Below are positions 9,861 through 20,933 of a DNA stretch of 25,639 nt, in pieces. Below the pieces are notes generated by a model. It ran no database searches. It had not been told where the DNA came from and saw nothing but the letters and a program-made list of their open reading frames with translations. The stretch is from Chiloscyllium plagiosum (lineage: Eukaryota): positions 10,958,617 through 10,984,255 of the forward strand of contig NC_057751.1 in the NCBI RefSeq assembly GCF_004010195.1, read 5' to 3'. Made by a program: the position numbers and the translations under genes. Positions within the stretch are counted from its first letter, which is position 1. Every line of letters begins with the position of its first letter.

Positions 9861-12800
9861 ATGGGCGTTGCAGGCCAGCCAGCATTCATAGCCCATCCCT
9901 ATTTGCCCTTGAGGTGGTGGTGGTGAGCTGCCTTCTAGAATCACTGCAGTCCACTTGCTGTGGGTTGACCCACAATGCTGGTAAGGAGGAAATTCCAGGA
10001 TTTTGACCCAATGATTATGAAGGAACAGTAGTATATTTCCAAGTCAGGGTGGTGAGTGGCTTGGAGGAGAACTTGCAGGTGGTGGTGTTCCCAAGTACCT
10101 GCTGCCCTGTCCTTCAAGATGGAAGTCGTCATGGGTTTGAAAGGTGCTGTCAAAGGATTTTTGGTGAATTACTGCGGTGTATCTTGATGATAGTACATAC
10201 TGCTGCTACTGACCTCCAGTAGTGGAGGGAGTTCATGTCTGTCGATGTGGTGCCAATCAAGCGGGTTGCTTTGTCCTGGATGGTGTCAAGTTTCTTGAGT
10301 GTTATTGGAGCTGCACCCATCTGGGCAAGTTATATTCCTGACTTGTGCTTTGTAGTTGGCGGATAGACTTTGGGGTGTCAGGAGGGGAGTTACTCACTGC
10401 AGTATCCGTGGTCTCTGACCTGCTCTTGTAGCCACTGAGTTAATGTGGTGAGTCCAGTTGAGTTTCTGGTCAATGGTAACTCCAAGGATGTTCACAGTGG
10501 GGGATTGAGTGACGGTAATATCGTTCAATGTCAAGGGGCGGTGGTGAGAGTGTTTCGAATTGATGATGGTAATTGCCACTTGTCAGCCCAAGCCTGGATA
10601 TTATTCAGATCTTGTTGCATTTGAGCACGTACTGTTTCAATATCTGAGAAGTCACGAGTGGTGCTGAACACTGTGCAGTCATCAGCGAACATCCCCATTT
10701 CTGACCTTATGACAGAGGGAAGGTCATTGATGAAGCAGCTGAAGACGGTTGAGCCTAGGACATGACTCTGAGGGACTCCTGCAGAGATGTCCTGGAGCTG
10801 ACATGACTGGCCCTCCACAATCATCTTTCTTTGTGCCTAACCAGCGGAGTGTTTGCCCCCGGGTATCTATTGATTCCAGTTTTGCCAGGGCTCCTTGATG
10901 CCATAGTCAGTCAAATGCGGCCTTGGTCAAATGACAAGGGCTGTCACTCTCACCTCACCTCTGGAATTCAGCTCTTTTGTTCATGTTTGAACCAAGACTG
11001 TTACGAGATCAGGAGCCGAGTGACCCTGGCACAACCCAAACTGGGTGTCACTATGCAGGTGGTTACTGAGCAGGTGCTGCTTGATAGCACTGTTGATGAT
11101 CTCTTCCATCACTGTACTGATGAGCGACAGTAGACTGATTGGGCGGTAACTGGCTGGGTGGAATTTGTCCTGCTTTTTCCACATTGTCAGGTAGACGCCA
11201 GTGTTGTAACTGTACTGGAAGGGCTTGGCTAGGAAAGCAGCAAGTTCTGGAGTACACGTCTTCAGTACTATTGTTGGAATGTTATTAGGGCCCATTGCCT
11301 TTGCAGTATCCAGCGCCTCCATCAATTTCTTGATATCATGTGGAGTAAATCAAATTGGAGACTGTTACCTGTGCTGCTGGGGACCACTGGAGAAGCCTGA
11401 GGTGGATCATCCTGTAGGCACTTATGACTGAAGATTGTTGTGAATGCATCAACCTTATTTTTTGCACTGATGTGCTGGGGTCCTCCATCATTGAGGATGG
11501 TGATATTTGTGGAGCCTCCTCGTCCAGTGAGTTGTTTAATTGTCTACCACCACCAGTCACAAATGGATGTGGAAGGACTGCAGAGCTAAGATCTGATCTG
11601 TTGGTTCTGGGATCGCTTAGCTCTGTTTATAACTTGCTGTTTATGCCATTGGGCACACAAGTAGTCCTGTGTGGCAGCTTCAACAAGTTGACACTTCATT
11701 CTTAAGTATGCCCGATGCTGCTCTTGGCATGCCCTCCTGCACTCTCCATTGAACCAGAATTGATCCCCTGGCTTGATGGTAATGGTTGAGTAGGGGATAT
11801 GCCAGGCCATAAGGTTGCAGATTGTGCTGGATTACAGTTCTGCTGCTGTTGATGGCCCACAGAGCCTCATGGATGCCCAGTCTTGAGCTGCTAGCTTGGT
11901 TTGAAATCTGTCCCATTTAGCACAGTGTTCTGCCACACAACACGATGAAGGCTATTCTCCATGTGAAAGTGGGACTTCATCTCCACATGATATTAAGAAA
12001 TTGATGGAGGCACTAGATACTGCAAAGTCTATGGGTCCTGATAACGTTCCAACAATAGTACTGAAGACTTGTGCTCCAGAACTTGCTGCATTCCTAGCCA
12101 AGCTCTTCCAGTACAGTTACCTATACTGTCATGGACAGATGCTTCTGCAGCAGCAGATTAATAGGAGGTCAACTGTGTTTTTTCCTCTTGTTGGTTCCTT
12201 CACCACTTGCCGCAGACCCAGTCTAGCAGTTACACCCTTTAGGACCAGTTCAATCAGTAATGCTGCTGCAGAGCCACTCTTGGTGGTGGACATTGAAGTC
12301 CCCCACCCAGAGTACATTTTATGTCCTTGCCACCTCAGTGTTTCCTCCAAGTCTTGTTCAACATGGAGGAATACGGATTCATCAACCGAAGGAGGACGGT
12401 AACTGGTAACCAGTTTAACCTGAAGCTATGAGACTTCATGGGGTCCGGAGTCAATGTCAGGGACTCCCAGTGCAACTCCCTCCTGACTGTATACTACTGT
12501 GCTACCATCTCTGTTGGGTCTATCCTGCCAGTGGGACAGGACATATCCATGGATGGTAGTGGTGGTGCCTGAGGTGTCATCTGTGAGTTTTGATTGCATT
12601 AGCATGACTCTGTCAGGTTGTTGCTTGACGAATTTGTGAGACAGTTCTCCCATGTTTGACACTCGCCCCCAGATATTGGTAAGGAGGACTTTGCATGGTT
12701 GTCAAGGCTGTTTGCGTTTTTGCCGCTGTCTTTTCCGGTTCCAAGGTCGATGCCTGGTGATACATCCGGTTTCATTTCTTTGTTGTGACTTGCTAGCAAT

Positions 12801-13110
12801 TGATACAACTGAGTAGCTTGCTTAGCTGTTTCAGAGAGCAGTTGGGAGTCAACCACACTGCTTTGGCTCTGGAGACTTATGTTGGTCAGATCAGGTCAGG
12901 ATGACAGATTTCCTTCCCTGAAGGTCATGAGTAAATCAGATGGGTTTTTTTTTCCAACAATTGATAATTGGTCATCAGTCAACACTTAATTCCAGATATT
13001 TTTATTGATTTCAAATTCCACCATTGGTCGTGGCAGGTTTTCAAAGCCAGGTCCCCAGAATATTATTCTGGGCTTCTGCAGCAATAATACCACTAAGCCA
13101 TCGCCTCCCC
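9861..13110 (-). mobile_element. Near-full-length CR1/L2-group LINE (APE endonuclease + RT) with tRNA-like 5' head, decayed
   Basis: Minus-strand ORF fragments: EN (GELSHKFVKQQPD...GYVLSHWQDR, LRQVVKEPTRGKNTVDL) and RT (YRPISLLS, QFGLCQGHS, GVPQSHVLG, FADDCT, ILGVTIDQKLNW). The 5' end GGGGAGGCGATGGCTTAGTGG contains an A box (13090-13100). Confidence 0.85.
11206..12120. repeat. 140-bp inverted repeat inside the LINE (11206-11345 / 11981-12120)
   Basis: Manual alignment gives 128/140 identity. The ORF track shows the same MEALDTAK...FQYSY peptide on both strands. Confidence 0.9.
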
Positions 13111-13945
13111 CATATTGACTGCAGAGCACCCCGACCTAAAACAAACAGTGGGAATCAGTATTTGTTAACAGTAATGGATGTGTCCAGTTGATTTTCAGAG
13201 GCCATTCCATTATACAATATCACAGCTAAAAGGACTGTAAAGGAATTACTCAAATTTTTCATAAGATATCAACTACTGATAGAGATACAACCAGATCAAG
13301 GATCAAATTTCACATCAAAATTATTCAAGGAAGTTCTGGATAGCTTTGGAATAAAACAATTCAAATCTACTGCGTACAATCCAGAATCGCAGGGAGCACT
13401 AGAAAGATGGCATCAGACATTAAAGAGGGCTTATAGTCAAGACTATCCAAATAATTGAGATAAGGGGCTTTTTACGATGAGAGATGCACTGAATGAATCG
13501 ACCACATTCAGTCCATTTGAATTTGTTTTTGCGCATGAAGTGGGAGCGTCGTTAAAAATGATTAAGGACAAATTGTTAAGTCAGAATTCAGAGACCACGT
13601 ATTTGGACCATGTGTCAAATTTTTGGCAACAGTTAAATAGAGCTTGGGAGTTGGCTAGACGGCATTTAAAACTATCATAGCATACAATGAAACAGGAAGC
13701 AGACAAGAAATCAACAACTCAATTTTACTATCGGAGATAAAGTGTAAGTGTTAATTCCAGTGACAGGTGAACCTTTAAAAGCAAAGTTTAGTGGACCTTA
13801 TCAAGTCGAAAGGAAATTAAATGAGGTGAACTACTTGATATGGACTCCAGACAGAAAGAAATCTCAGAGTCATGTGAATATGCTCAAAAGGTATTCTGAC
13901 AGGGAAGGAGAGCCAAAGGAGACTGTGTTACTGTTTACAATATAG
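13111..13945 (+). pseudogene. Integrase catalytic core and GPY/F region remnant
   Basis: IDC...GNQYLLTVMD...FSEAIPL, IQPDQGSNFTS, TAYNPESQGALERWHQTLK, FSPFEFVF, KFSGPYQV...HVNMLK. Confidence 0.88.
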
Positions 13946-14129
13946 AATGGAGAACCAAGTTCACAGGATTCTGAATTGGATAATCCTCGAAGTAAATTGG
14001 ACTATGAAGACGTTGTCAAAAATTGGGATAAATCATTGAGTTACCTTCCAGAGGAAAATCAAAATGACCTGAAAGAGTTATTATTATCACAGGGGAGATA
14101 TGTGGAAATATTTTTGATGTAGTTATAGG

Positions 14130-15290
14130 AGATGCTGTTCCGATTAAGCAACATCTGCAGAGGCATAACCATCTAAAGTTGGCACAGACTCAAAAGGAGA
14201 TCGAACGCATATTTCAATGTGTTAGAGTGACTGGAGCTCACCAATTGCAATTGTGCCAAAACTGGATGGTACCCAAAAGTGAAATCACAAAGACCGATGC
14301 ATATCTGATTCTGTATTTGGAAGACTGTATCGAGAAAGTGGGGCAAGCAACTTATATTTCTAAGTTGGACTTGCTCAGAGGATACTGGCAGGTACCTTTG
14401 TCAGAAAGAGCAAAGGTAATTTTGGCATTCATAATGCCGAACGGACTATGTCAGTTTAAAGTCATGCTGCTTGATATGAAAAACGTGCCAGCCACATTTC
14501 AGAGACTAACCAAGACGGTTATTGCCAGAGTACCCAACTATGCTGAATATGTAGATTCCCGTGCAATGTTCAATCACACATGGAAAAAACATTTGCAACA
14601 TTTATCAGACTTGTTCGATCAACTTCGGAAGGCAGGTTTGGTGGTAAACCTGGCAAGAAGTGAATTTGCCAAAGCCCAAGTCACTTTCCTGGGCCATGTT
14701 GTTGGACACGGAAGAAAATGGTGCTATGGGATGGTAAAACAAAAGTTATTTGGGAGTTTGCCATACCATCGACAAAAGGAGCAGTACTACAATTCCTGGC
14801 ATTGTCTGGATTTATCAAAACTTTATGCTATGTTTTAGCAGTGTGGTTCCTCCACTCACTGAATTGCTGAAGAAAGGCAAGAGGTTTCAGTGGATGGCAG
14901 ACTATCAAAATGTATTTGACAGCCTGAAAGCTGTGTGAATCACTGCTCCAGTATTAGCCATACTTAATTACTCAAAGCCATTCAAGCTGGCTATCAATGT
15001 GAGTAACATGGGTGTCACTGCTGTGCTCTTACAGGAAGACGGCGAGTAGATACAAAGACCTCAAGGAAACTGAACATTCATCAGTGGAAATATTCAACAG
15101 TTGAGAAGGAGACTTTGACCTTAGTGTTGGCGTTCAACATTTCAATGTTTATGTCACTAGTATCGTATTGAGACAATCATATACACTGATCATAAATTTC
15201 TCCATAAACATTAATGGGTTAAGGACAAAAATAGCAGATGAAGCTTGTTGTTACAGCCATTCAATTTGAAAATTATGCATATTGCAGAAC
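14130..15290 (+). pseudogene. Gypsy-type reverse transcriptase and RNase H remnant
   Basis: SKLDLLRGYWQVPL, GLCQFKVM..MKNVPATFQRL, degraded YVDS (YxDD), VTFLGHVV; then APVLA...PFKLA..., YSTVEKE, IYTDH. Confidence 0.88.
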
Positions 15291-15465
15291 GAGGCTTGAA
15301 TGAGAAATGGAAGTGTTCAGTGGCAGGAGTACAACAGACTGAAACAGTGTAGTAGTACATGTTTATAATCAATGTAATGTATATGTGTCTTGTAGAGTAC
15401 TAACAATTTAGGATTAAGGGGTTTTAGAATGAAGCTATCTTCAGGTATTGATGGGCTTTTTTTTT

Positions 15466-15476
15466 AAGGGGAGAGG
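15466..15476 (+). promoter_or_regulatory. Polypurine tract
   Basis: AAGGGGAGAGG preceded by a T run, immediately 5' of the 3' LTR TG. Confidence 0.85.
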
Positions 15477-16107
15477 TGTGACTATGCTGCTCCTTTAACA
15501 AGGTCCTTGGGGCTTTTTTTTCCAAAGAAGTCGTGAAAGATGCAGATTCTGCAAAGTCTAAGTTGATGGGTTTTAGGGCCAGTTTGATTATAGCTAACAG
15601 ATACTGTCTCATGCAGAAGACTTTCAAGTTTTAAAAACGACTTGTATAATGAAAGGGAAGTGGCCAGTTCTGCCAGCTCAGATTTTCTCTGGTTTTATTT
15701 GGTTTTAGAACAATAGTGTTTTTGAAGCTGCTGGACTTAAAGAAGCAGGTCCATGCTGGTACTCTTGCTCTCTGGCTTCTCTCCTGTAAGGCCCTGGGTT
15801 TGATTTAACCTTTTTTTTGCCAAGACGTGTTTATGGGGATGGCTGCAAGCACTGGGAACAGCCACATGAAGTTGGGATGACCTGCTGGGTTTTTTGAAAC
15901 ATTAAGTTATTCGGTATTCTGTTCTTTTTTGATTGTGTGTCATTCGGTTATCTTGTAAATAAATTCTGTTTTGTTTAAAACCAAGTGGTTTGACCAGCTG
16001 CATCTCTCCTGGAATATCCACTGTACACCTGCTTAAGACAACGAGCAAAGTTAGGGTCTGGGCTACTTGTTGAAATGTTTTGAGTGGGTCTGGCCTGGTC
16101 CATAACA
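15477..16107 (+). repeat. 3' LTR
   Basis: TGTGACTATGCTGC...GGTCCATAACA followed by TSD ACTG; AATAAA at 15958-15963. Confidence 0.92.
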
Positions 16108-16455
16108 ACTGAAATCTTTCACTCATTTTTCACAGCTTCAAATCATGCAATACCTTCTGATGTGACCTGCAGAAAAATAAATTTACAACAGAGGGTAGTG
16201 AGAACAACCTCGCTCAAATGGAGATCAACATTTAGATTAAAGCACCAGCTTGGGTCTCAGAGCTGCAGCCACAAGCAGCACACAGTTGGATGTCAAGGAG
16301 CTAACTGTTGAAAATCACACTAACTTGGTTTGCACAGCATCTTCAAAACATGGTCACATTTCAACATGCACTCAACCCATAATGTTCCGTAGCTAAAAGT
16401 AATTTTAAAAGTACCCCAAGCGATATTTATTTCAGACATATATACTGATGCTTAC

Positions 16456-16660
16456 CGAAGGGTGGTTTAGTCAAGTTTAGGCATGACAAATGGTATGCTT
16501 TGGGGCAATCTTTCTTATCACACATCACAAGCTCGCCTCCATCACAGCATCGGTAGCAGTAGTCCTCATGCATTTTTCTGATATCTATTTTGGTTTTACG
16601 TTTCTTCATCTTTTTCTTTGCATTTTTTGCCTTTTCTTCATTCGCCGTTGCAGCAGCCGT
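16456..16660 (-). CDS. NSD3: NSD3/WHSC1L1 penultimate coding exon (basic linker + PHD5)
   Basis: 205 nt encoding [68 protein letters not shown](G). Acceptor TAG at 16663-16661, donor GTAAG at 16455-16451. NEEKAKNAK and MHEDYC match NSD3 as I recall it, rather than NSD1/2. Confidence 0.95.
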
Positions 16661-19175
16661 CTAGTAAATCCAAGAGGCAAAACTTCAGTTTCATCATATC
16701 TCTGCAGCTAATGACCAAGTTTTTATTTCTAAAATATGTCACCATTGATAAAGTAATTTGCCTGCTTTCACTTCAGTCCCATGAACGCTTCACAGTTCTT
16801 AGTTTGTCTGAACTAGGCTTTTATTAACTAGCAATCAAAATTGGAAGATAACTACCTTTGTGGGTTGAGAGGGGATCCAATAAAGATGAACAGGACAAAC
16901 TGGAACCAAGCAATGAATTATCTTTTAAAGAGAAGATGCTCCAGGTACAGGTTCAATCCAACAAGGGTAAAAGGGAAGAGAGCCAAAGTTCAAGCACCTT
17001 GGATGATAATGCAGATACAGAATATGAGGGATCAAAATAATTAAGGGGGTTGGAGTCTTGCCCACTGAATTCTTCAAGTGATAGCCAGGTCATACACCAC
17101 AAATTGAAAAGAGGGGTGAAGAGGAAAATAAAACTCGCTAAGAGTGTGTGAAATCTTCTGCAGCCCACAGTAAGTCGTGGCAATACTCTGTGGTCAGGTG
17201 GTGCCTGCCCGACACAAAGAGGGCGACATATGCTTAGTCATAAGAAAGGGTTGGAAAACTTGAATCATAGAATCATGGAGTCTCACAGCACAGAGACAGG
17301 TCCTGTGGCCCAAGCTCATCCATGCCAACCAAAATGTCCATCTGCGCTAACCACATTTCCCTGCACTTGGCCCATATCCTTCCAAATCTTTCTTATCCAT
17401 GTATTTATTCAAATCCCTTTTAAATGTTGTTTATGTACCAGCATCACCCACTTCCACTGGCAGCTCATTCCATATGCATATCACCCTCTGTGTAAAAAAA
17501 GTTGCCCTTCAGGTTCTCTTTCATTCTTTCCCCTCTAACCTCAAATGGATGCCCTCTAGTCCTCAATTCCCCAACCCAGGGAAAAAGACTGAGCTCAGAC
17601 CCTTGAGACCTGACAACATCCTTGTGAATTTCTTCTGAACCCTTCCCAGTTTAATGACATCCTTCCTGTTACAAGGTGACCAAAACTGAACACCATACTC
17701 CAAGTGCAGCCTCACCAACGTCATGTATAACGACAAAGTAACTTCCCAACTTCAATACTCAATGCCCTGACTGATAAAGGCCACTTTGCCAAAAGCCTTC
17801 TTCACTGCCCTGTCTTCCTGTGACTTCATCTTCAGAGAAATGTGAACCTGAACTCCAAGGTCCCTCTGTTCCACAACACTCCTTAAGGCCCTACCATTCA
17901 CCATGAAACTCCTGCCTTGATTTGACTTTCCAAAATGCAAGACCTCACACTTAGCTGTATTAAACCCCATTTGCCATTTCTCAGCCCACTTCCCCAGCTG
18001 ATCAAGGTCCTGCTGCAATTCCTGATCACCTTCTTCACTGTTCATAATATACTGTCCACCTGTTGTAGTGTCATCAGCAAACTTATTAATCATGCCTGTA
18101 CATTCTGATCCAAATCATTGATAGAGGTAACAAACAGCAGTGGGCCCAGCACTGACCCCTGAGGTACTCCTCTAGCCATATGCCTCCAGTCCAACAAGCA
18201 TCCTTCCATGATTACCCTCTGCATCCGACCATCAAGCCATTGTGTATCCAATTTGCCAGCTCACCCTGGATTCCATGCGACTAACCTTCCAGAGCAACCT
18301 AGCGTGTGGAACCTTATCAAAGACCTTACTTAAATCTCTATAGTGGTCTACCAACCTGCACTCATCAACCTTCCTGGTCTCTTCATCAAAGAACTCCAAC
18401 AAATTTGTGAGGCATGATCTCCCAGTAACAAAGCCATGCTGACTACTCCTAATAAAACCCTGTCTTTTCAAATACATATATATCTTATCCCTCAGAATCT
18501 TCTCAAGTAACTTACCCACCACAGATGTTAAGCTTTCTGGTCTATAGTTCCCAGGCTTTCCTTTGTAGCCCTTCTCGAATAAGGGCACAACATTCACTAC
18601 CCTCCAGTCTTCCGGGACCTCACCCATGGCTAACAATGGTGCAAAATCAGCCAAGGCTCCCACAATTTCTTTCCTAGCCTTTTGCAGGGTTCTTGGATAT
18701 ACTTTGTCAGGACAGGAAATTTATCCACCTTCATACATTCTAATACATCCAACAGACTGTCCCCAAGAGATCACCACTAACTTTCCCAACCTCTGGTCTT
18801 CTTGTCTTTTTCCACTGTAAACACAGAGGAGAAATATTTATTGAGGACCCCACCTATCTCCTGCATGTCCACTTTGGTCCTTGAGGGGTCCTATTCCCTC
18901 CGTAGCTATTCTTTTTCCTTTCATATACTTAAAGAATCTCCTTGGATTCACCCTAATCTTCTCAGCCAAGGCTATCTCGTGCCCGCTTTTTGCCCTCCTG
19001 ATTTTCTTCTCCTGTATTCCCTGCATACATCCTTGATCCCAGCTGCCTGTGCCTGAGCCATACCACCTCCTTTTTTCTGGTCAAAGTCTAAATATCTCTT
19101 GTCATCCAGGGTTCTCTATTCCTGCCAACCTTGCCTTTCACCCTCATAGGAACATTTTGGCCTTGAACTTTAGCT

Positions 19176-19382
19176 CAAAATGTGTTTCTGGAAAAGCGCA
19201 GCAGGCCAGGCAGCATCCAAGGAACAGGAGAATCGACGTTTCGGGCATAAGCCCTTCTTCAGGAAAAGGGCTTATGCCCGAAACGTCGATTCTCCTGTTC
19301 CTTGGATGCTGCCTGACCTGCTGCGCTTTTCCAGCAACACATTTTCAGCTCTGATCTCCAGCATCTGCAGACCTCACTTTCT
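19176..19382 (+). mobile_element. Young non-autonomous Penelope-like palindromic element inserted in CR1
   Basis: 84-bp inverted arms 19173-19256 / 19266-19349 (3 mismatches) with a 9-nt loop and a 3' tail to 19382. Perfect 15-bp direct repeat CCTTGAACTTTAGCT at 19161-19175 and 19383-19397. The arm is homologous to the PLE terminus at 23405-23526. Confidence 0.88.
19230..19265 (-). ncRNA. Minimal type I hammerhead ribozyme motif
   Basis: Minus strand UUC-CUGAAGA-A-GGGC-UUAU-GCCC-GAAA-CGUC-GAUUC: complete core, 4-bp stem II, ACGU stem III. Predicted cleavage between 19235 and 19234. Confidence 0.78.
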
Positions 19383-20104
19383 CCTTGAACTTTAGCTATC
19401 TCACTTTTTAAGGCCTCCCACTTGCCAGAGGTTCCTTTGCCTCCAATCAACTCTTGCAAGCTCCTGTGTAATTCCATCAAAATTCACATTTAGAACTTGA
19501 ACCTGTGAACCAGTGTTGTCCCTCTCCACAACTATTTTAAAATTAATATAATTATGGTCACTGGTCCCAAAGTGCTCCCCCACTGTCACCTGTCACCTGT
19601 CCTGCCCTATTTCCCAAGAGTAGGTTGATTTTTTGCCCATTCCAGAGTAGGATCCTCAACATACTTCCGGAGGAAACTTCCACCCAATGTGAGCCCTTAA
19701 TGCTTTGGCTGTCCCAGTCTATGTTAAGAAAATTAACCTCCCCGACTATGACAACCCTAATGCTCTTGCAAGTCTCCCCAATCTCTCTGCATATTTGTTC
19801 CTCTAATTCCCGTTGACTATTTGGGGGCCTATAGTACAGCCCCAATAATGTCACCATCCCCTTCCTTCTTAGCTCCACCCCCAAAGCTTCAGTAGATGAG
19901 CCTTCATCCATCATATTTCATTTCTGACTACTTCCACCACTTCTATCCCACCTAAAGTAGCTTAATCCTGGTGTGTTAAGCTGCCAGTCCTGTCCCTCTC
20001 TTAGCCAGGTTTCTGAAATAGCTATATTATCCCAGTCACATGTACCTATCCACTCCCTGGCCTTACCTGTCAGCTCTCTTGCTTAATGTGATTCATATTT
20101 TTAC

Positions 20105-20350
20105 AGGAAGAAAATACTGGCAAACTGGAAAGAACTTGGACTGGATAAGACTCTGTCCCAACTGCATGCATTCCAGTTTCTAAGTGAAGTGGGTGTAGAG
20201 ATAAGAGAAGGGCTTGGTATGATCTTCCAGTCCTGCCTGGGGAGGCCAGAGATTAGTGAGTTGCAAAATAACATCCTTGTTCAAGAAGGAATGTCAGGAC
20301 ACTTCTTGTAATCATGTGTCAACTGAACAGCTATGGTGAATTTAGAAATC
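20105..20350 (+). mobile_element. Old CR1 ORF2 fragment
   Basis: Degenerate match to DK..GPD..HP...EV..EI...L.MIFQS.L....DW...NVTPLFKKG (gaagtgggtgtagagata, atgatcttccagtcc, ttgttcaagaagga). Confidence 0.6.
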
Positions 20351-20467
20351 ATCTTTCCTTTATCTTTCTTGGTTTCCCATACCAAATAGCACATGCTTGT
20401 GTCTGATTCCATGCAACCCTATTGTCACCTGCTATGGCTCGAGACATGCCGCTCTACACTAACAGGA

Positions 20468-20539
20468 GCCTGGTAGCTCAGTCGATAGAGCATAAGACTT
20501 TTTACCTGATAATCCAGAGTTCAAATCTCTAACTGGGTG
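20468..20539 (+). pseudogene. tRNA-Lys(UUU) pseudogene
   Basis: GCCTGGTAGCTCAGTCGATAGAGCATAAGACTTTTTACCTGATAATCCAGAGTTCAAATCTCTAACTGGGTG aligns end to end with vertebrate tRNA-Lys-TTT. D-loop GG is now GA, the anticodon stem is broken and there is an internal T5. No CCA; TTTT at 20545-20548. Confidence 0.85.
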
Positions 20540-20612
20540 TGCTGTTTTGATCAGACTTTGTTCAATTCTCTGCACCACAAGCCTCCACTGCACTTACAGT
20601 ACGTCTAACACA

Positions 20613-20933
20613 ATGGCAAGGGAGGGTGCCTAACAAGGGTCCCAAAAAAACAGCCACTAAGAAGCAGATCAAAGGCGAGAGGCATCTACAAGGTGCTTAG
20701 GCAGGTCCACCTGGACACCAGCATCTCCTCTGCAGCCATGAGTGTCATCAACTCATTCATCAATATCTTTGAGCGCATCACCGGCAAGGCCTCCTGCCTC
20801 ATAGGCAACAGCATGACCATCTCTTCCTGAGAGATCCAGACCACAGTCCACCTGCTGCTGCTTCAGGAGCTGGCCAAACCACGCCATCTCCATGGACACC
20901 AACACAGTCACCAAGTACAGTAGCTGCAAATGA
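20613..20933 (+). pseudogene. H2B: Histone H2B pseudogene
   Basis: ATG 20613; [73 protein letters not shown] (TGA 20931-20933). Frameshifts, deletions and an in-frame stop. Confidence 0.9.

Larger units (their letters stand above)
8527..16107 (+). mobile_element. Decayed Ty3/Gypsy LTR retrotransposon, Gmr1-like (IN before RT-RH)
   Basis: Two TG...CA LTRs, 4-bp TSD ACTG (8523-8526 and 16108-16111), PBS, PPT, and gag, integrase, RT and RNase H remnants with stops and frameshifts. Confidence 0.92.
17263..20084 (-). mobile_element. CR1 LINE ORF2 (EN-RT) and 3' tail, decayed
   Basis: Minus-strand fragments LYYRPPNSQ, FGTSDHN, VPEDWRVVNVVPLF..G..PGNYRP, AKCEVLHFG, INKFADDT, DLGVQVH. The 3' tail ends in an (aatcatag)-type repeat near 17263. 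Confidence 0.9.

Noticed and set aside
14179..14838. 219-aa RT ORF as a possibly functional or domesticated gene
   Set aside because: The catalytic YxDD is degraded to YVDS, part of the N-terminal RT is missing, and the flanking frames are broken.
16830..17250. Purine-rich stretch with short ORFs, as a possible extra exon or unknown repeat
   Set aside because: No similarity to the NSD3 post-SET exon and no recognisable motif. The upstream NSD3 exon was not found and probably lies beyond the window.
20468..20539. Functional tRNA-Lys gene
   Set aside because: One base is missing around positions 7-8, D-loop GG is lost, the anticodon stem is mismatched, and an internal T5 would terminate Pol III.
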